Source: Spirochaetales bacterium (GTDB lineage: Bacteria; Spirochaetota; Spirochaetia; Treponematales; UBA12059). Taken from it: a stretch of DNA of 64,000 nt. Of this stretch, positions 18,738 to 27,255 are shown piece by piece. The position numbers and the translations under genes are program-made. Location: NCBI GenBank assembly GCA_016928955.1, contig JAFGJV010000033.1, positions 1-64,000 on the forward strand. Direction: 5' to 3'. The notes beneath the pieces were generated by a model that worked only from the letters and a program-made list of their open reading frames with translations, did no database searches and was not told where the DNA came from. The first letter of the stretch is position 1, and each line of letters starts with the position of its first letter.

Positions 18738-21527
18738 TCACAGTTTCAGCATGACGGCGGCCAGGGGCTCTACCGTGACCGTGGTACCCTGCACCGTGGT
18801 TTTTCCCTGGGCGCTCACGCCGCCCGCCGCCGCGTCGACACCGTTGGCAAGTATGGCCGCCCCGGACAGGTCCATGCCGGTCTCAAAGGTAACGGCCTTG
18901 TCCGACCGCGCGTTGACCAGCATGACCAGGGTGACCCCGCCGTGCCGTACTACCCAGCCCATGGAGCGCTGGTCGTCATGGGTCAGCTGGGTCATGGCGC
19001 CCGACACCGCGCCTGCGTCGCCCAGACGGAGGGACGGCTCGGCCTTGCGTATGGCTATGAGGCCGCGGACCCAGCGGGCCAGGCTCTCGAACTCGGGCTG
19101 GACCTTCCAGGGAAACTGGTTGATGTCGTCCGAGGCGTCATAGCTGTTGTGCACATAGTCGCCCGTCACCTCGCTGGTCGCCTTGAGCCTGGGCTTGGTA
19201 CGGCCACGTTCGTCGCCCCCGTGCAGGAAGGGTATGGGCTGGCCGGTCAGCACCAGGAAATAGGCCAGCTTGGCTCGCGCGGCTATCTCGGCGCGCCCTG
19301 CGGCGCTGGCTCGGGACAGGCCTATGTTGAAGGCTATGTTGTCAGCCAGGGTCAGGTTGTCGTGGGCGGACACATAGTTCATGGAATCGCCCGGCTGGTC
19401 CGCGCTGTAGTTGAGCATGGGCCGGCCGGCCAGGTTGTTGAAGATCATCTCGGTGTTGACCGGCTTGTCCGTGATAAAGCCCTTTGCGCGGTCGTTGAGT
19501 CCGCCGGCCTTGAGGATGTCGCGGAACTCGTCGTTGAACACGGACACCAGGTTGGTCTTGCCCATGTAGTTCTGGTCCAGCACGGCCAGGGCGGGCCCCT
19601 GGTACATTTTCCAGCCTTCTCCCTGGAACAGGATGTTGGTTTTACCGGGCAAGGCCGCCACGGCCTGTCTGGCCTTGAGTATGGTGTCTGCGTCTATCAG
19701 TCCCATCAGGTCAAAGCGGAAACCGTCGACTTTGTACTCGCTGACCCAGTGATAGATGGAATCACGGATCAGGCGGCTGGCCATGGTCCTCTCGCTTGCC
19801 ACGTCGTTGCCGCAGCCCGACTGGCTGGTCAGGGCTCCCGTGGCGTCGCGCCGGTAGTAGTAACCGGGCACCACGTCGTCCAGCACGGACACGTTGGCCG
19901 TGTGGTTGTACACCACGTCCAGGATGACGCCCATGCCAGCCCTGTGGATTTCCCTGATCAGGGTCTTGAGCTCGACGATGCGCTTGTAGGGATCCCGGGG
20001 ATCGCTGGCGTACCAGCCTTCCGGCGTGAAGTAACTGTGGGGATCGTAACCCCAGTTGTAGTTGTTGTCGTGGGCGCGGGCGTTGGCCTCAAAACCGGTC
20101 CTAAGCTCGTCCGTGTAGTAGAAATTGAGCACGGGCATGAGCTGGACATGGGTAACGCCAAGGTCGCGGAGGTAGGGCAGCTTTTCTATAAAGGCCAGAT
20201 ACGAGCCCGGGCGAGCCCGGACCCCGGCTTCCGGGGCAATGGTAAAGTCGCGGACGGACAGCTCGTAGATGACCGCGTCCTCCCGCCTGCCCAGGTCGAC
20301 GCTTTCAAGGCCTTCCCATCCGCCAGGCGGAAGGGTCCTGGCCGGATTGATGATGGCGCCTCGCCCCGGGCCGCTGCCGGTGAAGACGTCCATGCCCACG
20401 GCATAGGGATCCAGGGCTACGCGTACCGACGAGCCCGAGAACACCGAGTATTCGTAGAAAAGGCCGTCCGGATCCACGGCGTCAAAGCTCCCCGACCAAA
20501 CACCGGTGGCTGGGTCCCTGGACAGGTCCAGCTCAAAATCGGGAACGGCCGCCTGGTTTTTGCGGTACAGCCTGACGGCCACGCGGCTGGCGAACGGAGA
20601 CCACAGGCGGAATTCCACGCGCCTTTCAACCTGGTCGTAGATGGCGCCCAGGCGGTAGCCCTCCGGCGGCACCAGGGTGTCAGCCCGTTCCGCCGCGTAG
20701 GCCGCGGTGTTGACGGGCGCGGGCGCCAGGAACGAAGGATGCTCGGCCACCAGCGGCAGGTCCAACGGGGCGTCCTCTTTCAGGGTCACGAGCACGCGCC
20801 TGGCGTAATTGTTGTCCGCGTGCCCCGGGTCGGCGTTGTTGGCGCTTCCGGCCACGGCGAATTCCCTGGAGCCGTCCGCCGACCGCACCGCAAAGCCCGA
20901 CGGGCCGCCGTCTGTGTCAAGGCCGTAGCGCCCGGACAGATCCAGCACGATGTCCCGTGGGCCGACCAGCCTGGCTCCGTCTATGGTTGGCGTGTAGGGA
21001 CCGTAGGGGTAGGTCTTCTGGTCCTTCTCGAACACCACCCACTCGTTGGACACCGATGCGTCCAGCACGCGGTCCTTGTCCCCATCCTTGTCCCAGGAAG
21101 CATCCTTCCTGGGTATCAGGCCGAACTGGCCGTCAGGACCCACGGTTTTCATGCCCAAGGTATACCCGTCCTTTCTGAATTTCAGGTACGCCACGCCCTC
21201 AACAACGGAGAGCTTCTGGGTCTGGTTCCACGCGGCAGCGCCGTCCCCTCCAGGCAAAGCCCACAGCCAGAAACCCCAGGGCTCGTAATTCTTGTCCGCG
21301 CGTACGTAGTACACGACGACCTCGTCAGCCGTGGGTTTCAGGACCTCGTGGGCAGGCACGACGCTTGCCATCAGCGGATGCCCCAGTTGCTCCACGGTTC
21401 CGGGCGCCACGGTCTCATATTTTGCGGCGCCCGAGCCGGATGGCGTCGGAGGCCGGCCGCAGCCCGCGATAAACATGAGCCACACCAGCGCGGCGGCGGT
21501 CCTCACTATGCGTGTCCGGTGATTCAT
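18738..21527 (-). CDS. pulA: Type I pullulanase lipoprotein (N-terminal CBM41-like and CBM48 domains, GH13)
   Basis: Lipobox FIAGC; YNWGYDP pullulanase signature; DVVYNH, DGFRFDLMG, GEGW, YVSAHDN; AAGGGAGA RBS before ATG 21527. Confidence 0.92.
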   Translation of the reverse strand: MNHRTRIVRTAAALVWLMFIAGCGRPPTPSGSGAAKYETVAPGTVEQLGHPLMASVVPAHEVLKPTADEVVVYYVRADKNYEPWGFWLWALPGGDGAAAWNQTQKLSVVEGVAYLKFRKDGYTLGMKTVGPDGQFGLIPRKDASWDKDGDKDRVLDASVSNEWVVFEKDQKTYPYGPYTPTIDGARLVGPRDIVLDLSGRYGLDTDGGPSGFAVRSADGSREFAVAGSANNADPGHADNNYARRVLVTLKEDAPLDLPLVAEHPSFLAPAPVNTAAYAAERADTLVPPEGYRLGAIYDQVERRVEFRLWSPFASRVAVRLYRKNQAAVPDFELDLSRDPATGVWSGSFDAVDPDGLFYEYSVFSGSSVRVALDPYAVGMDVFTGSGPGRGAIINPARTLPPGGWEGLESVDLGRREDAVIYELSVRDFTIAPEAGVRARPGSYLAFIEKLPYLRDLGVTHVQLMPVLNFYYTDELRTGFEANARAHDNNYNWGYDPHSYFTPEGWYASDPRDPYKRIVELKTLIREIHRAGMGVILDVVYNHTANVSVLDDVVPGYYYRRDATGALTSQSGCGNDVASERTMASRLIRDSIYHWVSEYKVDGFRFDLMGLIDADTILKARQAVAALPGKTNILFQGEGWKMYQGPALAVLDQNYMGKTNLVSVFNDEFRDILKAGGLNDRAKGFITDKPVNTEMIFNNLAGRPMLNYSADQPGDSMNYVSAHDNLTLADNIAFNIGLSRASAAGRAEIAARAKLAYFLVLTGQPIPFLHGGDERGRTKPRLKATSEVTGDYVHNSYDASDDINQFPWKVQPEFESLARWVRGLIAIRKAEPSLRLGDAGAVSGAMTQLTHDDQRSMGWVVRHGGVTLVMLVNARSDKAVTFETGMDLSGAAILANGVDAAAGGVSAQGKTTVQGTTVTVEPLAAVMLKL

Positions 21528-21538
21528 AACGTCTCCCT

Positions 21539-22459
21539 TCAAGCTCGTCCGCGGTCGGGGGCTTGTTGCCCCCTGCAGAGTGTGTCGAGCGACTGCGCGT
21601 CAAGGAAGCCGCAGGCCGCTCCCGCTTCGCCTATTTTCCATCCAGCAAACATCACGGCCCTGCGTAGGGCATCCGCGGGCTTCAAGCCGGCCAACATGCC
21701 GTGCGCGAACGACGCCATCAGCGCATCTCCGGCCCCTATGGTGGACACCACGGGCCGTGGATGGGCCGCGGGCACCCAGACGGATGGCTGGCCCCGCTCG
21801 CACAGGAGCGCGCCCTCGGCTCCGAGCCCTATCACCACGATGCGGCAATCGTATAGGTCAGCCAATTGCCTGGCCGCTTCATCCGGGGGCGACCATAGCC
21901 CCTCGTCGGACAGGAACAGCACGTCCGCGGCCGCCATGAAATCGCGGTTGTACTCATCCCGGGGATCGGACAGGACATGCACGTCCGTGAATACGGGGAT
22001 GTCCAGCTTGGCGGCCGCCGGAAGCAGTTCCCGGTTGAAATTGACATTGCACACCACGACCGCGTCGGCGTGATCGACGGCCGACCGGAACAGGCCCGCC
22101 GGGTAACGCCGGTCCTGCACGTCCTTCAGGTCAACGTGTATCTGCCTGCGGCCATCGTCATCGTACAAAATGACGGACTGGGGAGTGGCGGGCAGGTTTC
22201 TCAGTATCCGGTCGGTGGCCACGCCGAGCTTGGCTATCTCTGACATGGCCACCGCTCCTGGAGTGTCGTTCCCAAGAAAGGTGAGGAACTCGACGTCGTG
22301 CCCGAGCGTTTGCAGGGCCAAGGCCAAGTTGAAGCCCACCCCGGAAACCGTCGAGCCCACGCCGTTGAAAGGATAGAGCACAGGGCTGTAGTCCAAAGGG
22401 AAGCAGGGAATTTTCAGCGTGGTTTCTATGTTCACCAAGCCCGATACCAGAACTTTCAT
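21539..22459 (-). CDS. PfkB/ribokinase-family carbohydrate kinase (AcbK/Mak-like)
   Basis: SGVGFNLA, LGND..G and C-terminal STIGAGDA PfkB signatures. Confidence 0.88.
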   Translation of the reverse strand: MKVLVSGLVNIETTLKIPCFPLDYSPVLYPFNGVGSTVSGVGFNLALALQTLGHDVEFLTFLGNDTPGAVAMSEIAKLGVATDRILRNLPATPQSVILYDDDGRRQIHVDLKDVQDRRYPAGLFRSAVDHADAVVVCNVNFNRELLPAAAKLDIPVFTDVHVLSDPRDEYNRDFMAAADVLFLSDEGLWSPPDEAARQLADLYDCRIVVIGLGAEGALLCERGQPSVWVPAAHPRPVVSTIGAGDALMASFAHGMLAGLKPADALRRAVMFAGWKIGEAGAACGFLDAQSLDTLCRGQQAPDRGRA

Positions 22460-22535
22460 GCCAGAATCCCGTCCTTCATTGAGGCAGCCCGGGCGCTCCG
22501 GGCAAGAGCAACGCGTTTATGCATGCCATACGCGG

Positions 22536-22564
22536 AGTATAAACCGGTTTAGCATTTGGGTAAA
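22536..22564 (-). promoter_or_regulatory. Sigma70 promoter of the kinase-pullulanase-amylase operon overlapped by a LacI-family operator
   Basis: Minus strand TTTACC-N17-TATACT; perfect palindrome TAAACCGGTTTA at 22540-22551. Confidence 0.7.
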
Positions 22565-22590
22565 CAGCCCGGGCCACCCGGCAGGTTCAT

Positions 22591-24123
22591 TCAGCTCCGT
22601 CCGCAGATAGCCTGGGCGACGCGAAGGCCGTCCGCCGCCGAGCTGACGATGCCTCCCGACCAGCCGCTTCCTTCACCGGCCAGGTACAGATTGTCGTACC
22701 CGGAGCAAAGCGTTCCGGCATCCCGCTCCGCCTGTATCGGCGCGCTTGTCTTGCTTTCCAGTCCCATGATGGTTCCGGTATCAAAGCCCCTGAGTTTTGA
22801 GCAGAACGACGATAAGCCTTCCCGCAGCGGAGCCACCAGACCGGCCGGCAGCAGTTCGGCCAGGTCGGCGGGCGCCAGCCCGTGCGCGTAACTGGTCTTC
22901 TCAAGCGGCGAGCCGGATCTGCCGTTCAAAAAATCACGCACGGTCATTGCGGGAACTTTCCAGCCGGAGGTGTCTTTGAATCGACGCTCGAGGTCCTCAA
23001 GCCAGTCCAGGGCGTCTTCCGCGCGCATGTCACGGCCGGTCAGCCGCGCCAGGTCCACCCCGGCCACCACGGCCGCGTTGGCATACAACCCGTCCCGCGC
23101 GTAATCACTCTTGCCGTTGACCACGGACGCGTCGCCATAGGCCGATGCCTGGACCACCGTGCCGCCGGGGCACATGCAAAACGTGTATACGCCAGTTTGC
23201 CCGGCCTGGGCGGTCAGGCGGTATTCCGCCGCCTTGACCCCCGGGAGAGCCGGCACGCCCCACTGCGCATGGTTGATGATTTCCTGGGCATGCTCCGCGC
23301 GGAAACCCAGGGCAAAATTCTTGACGCGGTACGGCACGCCGGAGGATATGAGCGACCGATGGGTTTCATAGGCCGAATGCCCGACAGCCAGCACAAAGGC
23401 ATGGGCGTCCAGGTCGCCGGCGTCGGTATGTATGTAGCGCACGGTACCGGAACCATACTCGGCCAGGGACAAGAAACGGGTGTCGTAGACAAGCTCGCAG
23501 CCCGCCTCCAGGAGCAGGCCGCGCAGTCTCGCGGTCATGCCAAAGAGCAGGTCGCTGCCCAGGTGGGGGTGGGTCATATAGCGGATCTCGTCCGGAGCGC
23601 CGGCCGAGATGAACGCGTCGTACACGTAATTACGCTCCGCATTTATTCCCTTGGTACGCGAGCTCAGCTTGCCGTCAGAAAACGTTCCCGCCCCGCCCTC
23701 GCCAAAGCAGTAATTGTTGGCGGCTGAAAACGCCCCACCTGCCTCAAAGGCGTCTATGGCTTCTTTCCGGGCTTCCACCCGGCCACCGCGTTCGAGCACG
23801 GTCACCTTGAACCCGGACCGCGCCAAATACAGGGCCGAGAACAAGCCGGCGGGCCCCGTACCGACGACCACGATCCGCCGCCCCCTGCCAAGCTGCCCAT
23901 GCTCGAGGCCCGGCGCCGCCGTGGGGACGGGGCCTCGCAGGGCAGGGGAACGCACGCCCACCCTGTACGTCCAGACTATTCGGCTCTTTTTCCTGGCATC
24001 CAGGCTTTTGAGGAGGATTTCGAAGGTGAACGTGTCGGTGTTTACGGCGCGACGTATGGCGGCAAGTAGTTCGTCCGGACCCGAGCCAACGGGAACGCTC
24101 AGGTCAAATTCTGCATATCCCAT
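22591..24123 (-). CDS. FAD-dependent oxidoreductase (uncharacterised NAD(P)/FAD dehydrogenase family)
   Basis: GTGPAG dinucleotide fold, FGEGGAGTFSDGKL, PHLGSD, TFCMCPGG, GEGSGWSGGIVSSAADG. Confidence 0.88.
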   Translation of the reverse strand: MGYAEFDLSVPVGSGPDELLAAIRRAVNTDTFTFEILLKSLDARKKSRIVWTYRVGVRSPALRGPVPTAAPGLEHGQLGRGRRIVVVGTGPAGLFSALYLARSGFKVTVLERGGRVEARKEAIDAFEAGGAFSAANNYCFGEGGAGTFSDGKLSSRTKGINAERNYVYDAFISAGAPDEIRYMTHPHLGSDLLFGMTARLRGLLLEAGCELVYDTRFLSLAEYGSGTVRYIHTDAGDLDAHAFVLAVGHSAYETHRSLISSGVPYRVKNFALGFRAEHAQEIINHAQWGVPALPGVKAAEYRLTAQAGQTGVYTFCMCPGGTVVQASAYGDASVVNGKSDYARDGLYANAAVVAGVDLARLTGRDMRAEDALDWLEDLERRFKDTSGWKVPAMTVRDFLNGRSGSPLEKTSYAHGLAPADLAELLPAGLVAPLREGLSSFCSKLRGFDTGTIMGLESKTSAPIQAERDAGTLCSGYDNLYLAGEGSGWSGGIVSSAADGLRVAQAICGRS

Positions 24124-24186
24124 GCCTGTATGCTAGGCCAAGCCGCGCCGGCAAGGCAAGCGGCGACGACCACCCTGCGGAAAACG

Positions 24187-24218
24187 GAAAGGCGACCCGT
24201 ACATGCGGGCCGCCTTTC
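24187..24218. terminator. Hairpin/terminator downstream of tRNA-Gly
   Basis: GAAAGGCGACCCGT-ACAT-GCGGGCCGCCTTTC inverted repeat with a T-rich flank on the minus strand. Confidence 0.55.
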
Positions 24219-24283
24219 ACGCGTACAGTGAAATCAGGGGGTATTAAAGGATCCCATTGGTCTATCCAACATCAGGATCCGAG

Positions 24284-24355
24284 AGCGGGAAACGGGAGTC
24301 GGACCCGCGACATCCACCTTGGCAAGGTGGCGCTCTACCACTGAGCTATTCCCGC
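24284..24355 (-). tRNA. tRNA-Gly (GCC), CCA not encoded
   Basis: GCGGGAATAGCTCAGTGGTAGAGCGCCACCTTGCCAAGGTGGATGTCGCGGGTCCGACTCCCGTTTCCCGCT folds as a cloverleaf with anticodon GCC; TTGACA lies upstream. Confidence 0.95.
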
Positions 24356-24478
24356 GCGACGAGCGGCAGAATGCCCTGAAGGGCGTCCATGTGTCAAGCG
24401 GACCAGCATTACCCGGGAGCGGGAGCCCGGCAAAGGACGCGGTTCCGGATACAAACCGGGGCATCAGCCGCAGCTTGG

Positions 24479-25498
24479 TCAGAAGTACAGGATGCGGTAT
24501 TCCCTGACCCATATCTCCTTGGCAAAATCGCCGTTGGCGTACATGGTGGATTCGCACGTGCGGCGTACCACGTTCCCCCATTCGTCGTATTCATTCACGT
24601 ACTGTTTCTCCTCCCATTCGCCGTATTGAGGGTACTCGCTCCTCATATAGATGATCGTGTCATGGCCATCGTACTCATGGAGTACGGTTCTAGTTATATT
24701 CCCAGCATTGTCGAAGGCCGTCACTAAAAACGTGCGGCGTCGCGGATCTCGGGTATATTCCAGGGCAAAGGACGGAGATCCATCAACACCGTAGCGCTCC
24801 AGCCTTTCAGGTAGCCCATTCTTGCCGTATCGGTATTTCTCGACCACCACGCGCTTGCCCCCGCGGCAGGACACCACCTCGTCGAGCTTACCGAAATCGT
24901 TCAGCCTATATTCATGCCAGTCCTCGGATTCAACACCGTCCTCGTCCAGGGAACGTTCCTCAATCACCCCCTCGCGGAACAGAAAAACCCGCCCGAAGAA
25001 AAATTCTCCGTTCCGTCTCGTTACCTGGGTGAAAAGAGCGTGCGCGTCGTCGTAGACTATCGCGGTCGTTTCCGATTCGTTCCCGCTTATCTCCCGCACC
25101 ACGCTTACCAGGCGGCCACGCTCGTCGTAGGCATAGTCGCTGTTAACGCTGGTATATAGAATGGTCTCATACCGCTCGTCTCTCACTATGGCGCCATCCT
25201 CGCCGTAAAAAACGTGCCGACGTTCCTCCAACACCCTGGACTCATAGTCCTGTTCATACCTTTTGATGGAATACAGATTGTCCTCGATGCGCTGTATCTT
25301 ACCCCGCGTGTTCAGTTCCGGGGGCACGGCGTCTTGCATCAACTTCTGTATATACGCGTAGTCCACTACCGTATCCCACACGTCCTTGGTATCCGAAAGT
25401 TGATCCTCTCCCGCCTTGCCGTTCGACAGGCAGGAAGCCAGGGCCAAAAGGACGATACTCATGGCGATTGCTACGGAGCTCTTTCTCGTTGCATTCAC
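24479..25498 (-). CDS. Lipoprotein with YD/RHS-like repeats
   Basis: GTG 25498 after AAGAGG; lipobox LALASC; recurrent YD-like units (YAYDERGRL, YRLNDFGKL, YRYGKNGL, EYDEWGN). The ORF-track start at 25819 overlaps the next gene and is too long. Confidence 0.75.
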   Translation of the reverse strand: MNATRKSSVAIAMSIVLLALASCLSNGKAGEDQLSDTKDVWDTVVDYAYIQKLMQDAVPPELNTRGKIQRIEDNLYSIKRYEQDYESRVLEERRHVFYGEDGAIVRDERYETILYTSVNSDYAYDERGRLVSVVREISGNESETTAIVYDDAHALFTQVTRRNGEFFFGRVFLFREGVIEERSLDEDGVESEDWHEYRLNDFGKLDEVVSCRGGKRVVVEKYRYGKNGLPERLERYGVDGSPSFALEYTRDPRRRTFLVTAFDNAGNITRTVLHEYDGHDTIIYMRSEYPQYGEWEEKQYVNEYDEWGNVVRRTCESTMYANGDFAKEIWVREYRILYF

Positions 25499-25551
25499 GT
25501 TCAGCCTCTTTTCCGGCCAGAATCGGTTTATGGTCGCTTGGCGATCCCGCG

Positions 25552-26151
25552 TCATCTGAACCAGGTCGCTACCGCCGGCAGGGCGGGCTTGTATACCATC
25601 AGGGCAAAGACGACCACCAAGGGAGCGACGCCGGCCAGGCTGATCCACCAGCGCAGTCTCAAAAGCCGCGTCAGTTCGTCGGGCAGGTCGGGATCTGCTG
25701 GATCCAGGGGGGCCATCAGCCTTTTGACCTTGTACTGCGTGGGAATGTCGCTCAAGATCCAGAACAAGCCAGAAAATACGAAGAGGATAAAGCTCACGGA
25801 CAGCCAGCCTATCTGCCACAGGTCTCCCGCGATGGCGCTAAGCATGAGCCCTGACACGAGCGACAGGATGATGAGGGGCGACGACAAGCGCGCGTCCAGC
25901 CAGGCCACCGTTGCATAGGTATGCAGGATCACGTCCTTGCGCCCTGACACAAGGCTACGCCGCTCCCAGAGCATGCCCACCGCGGCGTTGGCAAAGAACA
26001 GCGTGGCCGCGACCACGTGGGCAAACAGGGCATGTCCGTACAATTCCGGGCGGCGCAGAAAGGCCAGAAACTCGTCGCGGAACAAGATACCGGCGGCAAC
26101 AAGCACGCCCATAAGGGCAATGAACATGAACAGTACGCTCTTGGTCTTCAT
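25552..26151 (-). CDS. Integral membrane protein (DUF2269-like)
   Basis: About five TMs; HVVAA, SGL, WL..S and C-terminal LMVYKP motif typical of DUF2269. Confidence 0.7.
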   Translation of the reverse strand: MKTKSVLFMFIALMGVLVAAGILFRDEFLAFLRRPELYGHALFAHVVAATLFFANAAVGMLWERRSLVSGRKDVILHTYATVAWLDARLSSPLIILSLVSGLMLSAIAGDLWQIGWLSVSFILFVFSGLFWILSDIPTQYKVKRLMAPLDPADPDLPDELTRLLRLRWWISLAGVAPLVVVFALMVYKPALPAVATWFR

Positions 26152-26289
26152 ACCTATGTAGTGGAACGCATTTGGCCCCGCTTTTCAACAGTAGGCTGTT
26201 TGAGCGCCTGAGGCGGACCTTGTCGCTTTTTTATTGTCCGGAGCCTGGTTCGCAATTACAATTACAGGGCACCTTGCGAGGAGAACCGC

Positions 26290-27255
26290 ATGCCAAACCC
26301 TATGATCAGCCGGTATTGGCCGCAGTACAAGTGGTCCAACGTACTATCCATGATCAAGAACATGAAAGTGCAGCCAAAGCGCTGCGAAGCGTCCTTCCAA
26401 AACCGCCTGGCCGTAATCACAGGCGCCACGTCCGGGGTGGGCTACCATACGGCGCGAAAGTTCGCCTCCATGGGCGCCCGGATCATCATGATCAACAGGA
26501 ATGCGGAGAAATCAGAGCTCGTCCGCAAGGAGCTCTCTGAGGCCTTTGGGACCAGCGTGGAGTACATCACCGCAGACCTGTCCGTCCTTGCTGACATGCA
26601 ACGGGCCGGGCGGGAGCTTGCCGCCCTCGAGAGGCCCATAGACGCACTCATCCACAACGCGGGCATTCATCTGGCCAAACGCAGGCTTACTTCCGACGGG
26701 TTTGAGGAAAACTTCGCCCTGCATTACCTAGCGCCGCTCGTCATCAACGCTCTGCTGACTGAAAAATTCAAGCACGACAAAGCTGGCCGGATTATCTTCG
26801 TCTCCTCAGAGGCCTATCGGTTCGCCGTGTGGGGACTCCGCCTGGACGACCTCCAGTGGGAGCGCCGGCGGTATTCGGGCATCAAAGGCTACGGATCCGG
26901 CAAGGTAGCCCAGCTTCTGTCCATGCACCTGCTGGCCCGGGACTTGGAACCCTACGGCGTCACGGTCAATGCCATGCATCCGGGCATGGTGCGTACGGAT
27001 TCCGGAAAGGACAACGGCAAGTTCTATAAGTGGTACAAAAGGAATGTCATAGACAAATACTCGGCGTCGCCCGAGCTGTCCGCCGAGGCCCTGTACTATC
27101 TGAGCGCCGCCAGCGAGTTGTCCAGGACGAGCGGAGTCTTTTTCCACCTGACAACCGAGGAGGAGCTGGCGCCTCCGGCAAGGGATATAGCCGCCGCCGA
27201 GGCATTGCGGGACAAGACGGCCGAGCTTCTGAAAGAGAAAGGAGTGACGCTGTGA
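26290..27255 (+). CDS. Short-chain dehydrogenase/reductase (retinol dehydrogenase-like subfamily)
   Basis: TGATSGVG, HNAG, DGFEENFA, VSS, YGSGK catalytic YxxxK, HPGMVRT. Confidence 0.9.
   Translation: MPNPMISRYWPQYKWSNVLSMIKNMKVQPKRCEASFQNRLAVITGATSGVGYHTARKFASMGARIIMINRNAEKSELVRKELSEAFGTSVEYITADLSVLADMQRAGRELAALERPIDALIHNAGIHLAKRRLTSDGFEENFALHYLAPLVINALLTEKFKHDKAGRIIFVSSEAYRFAVWGLRLDDLQWERRRYSGIKGYGSGKVAQLLSMHLLARDLEPYGVTVNAMHPGMVRTDSGKDNGKFYKWYKRNVIDKYSASPELSAEALYYLSAASELSRTSGVFFHLTTEEELAPPARDIAAAEALRDKTAELLKEKGVTL

Noticed and set aside
18729..22073. 1114-aa plus-strand ORF, plus many other long antisense ORFs in the track
   Set aside because: These are shadows of real high-GC genes on the opposite strand (pullulanase and kinase here); they have no recognisable motifs or RBS.
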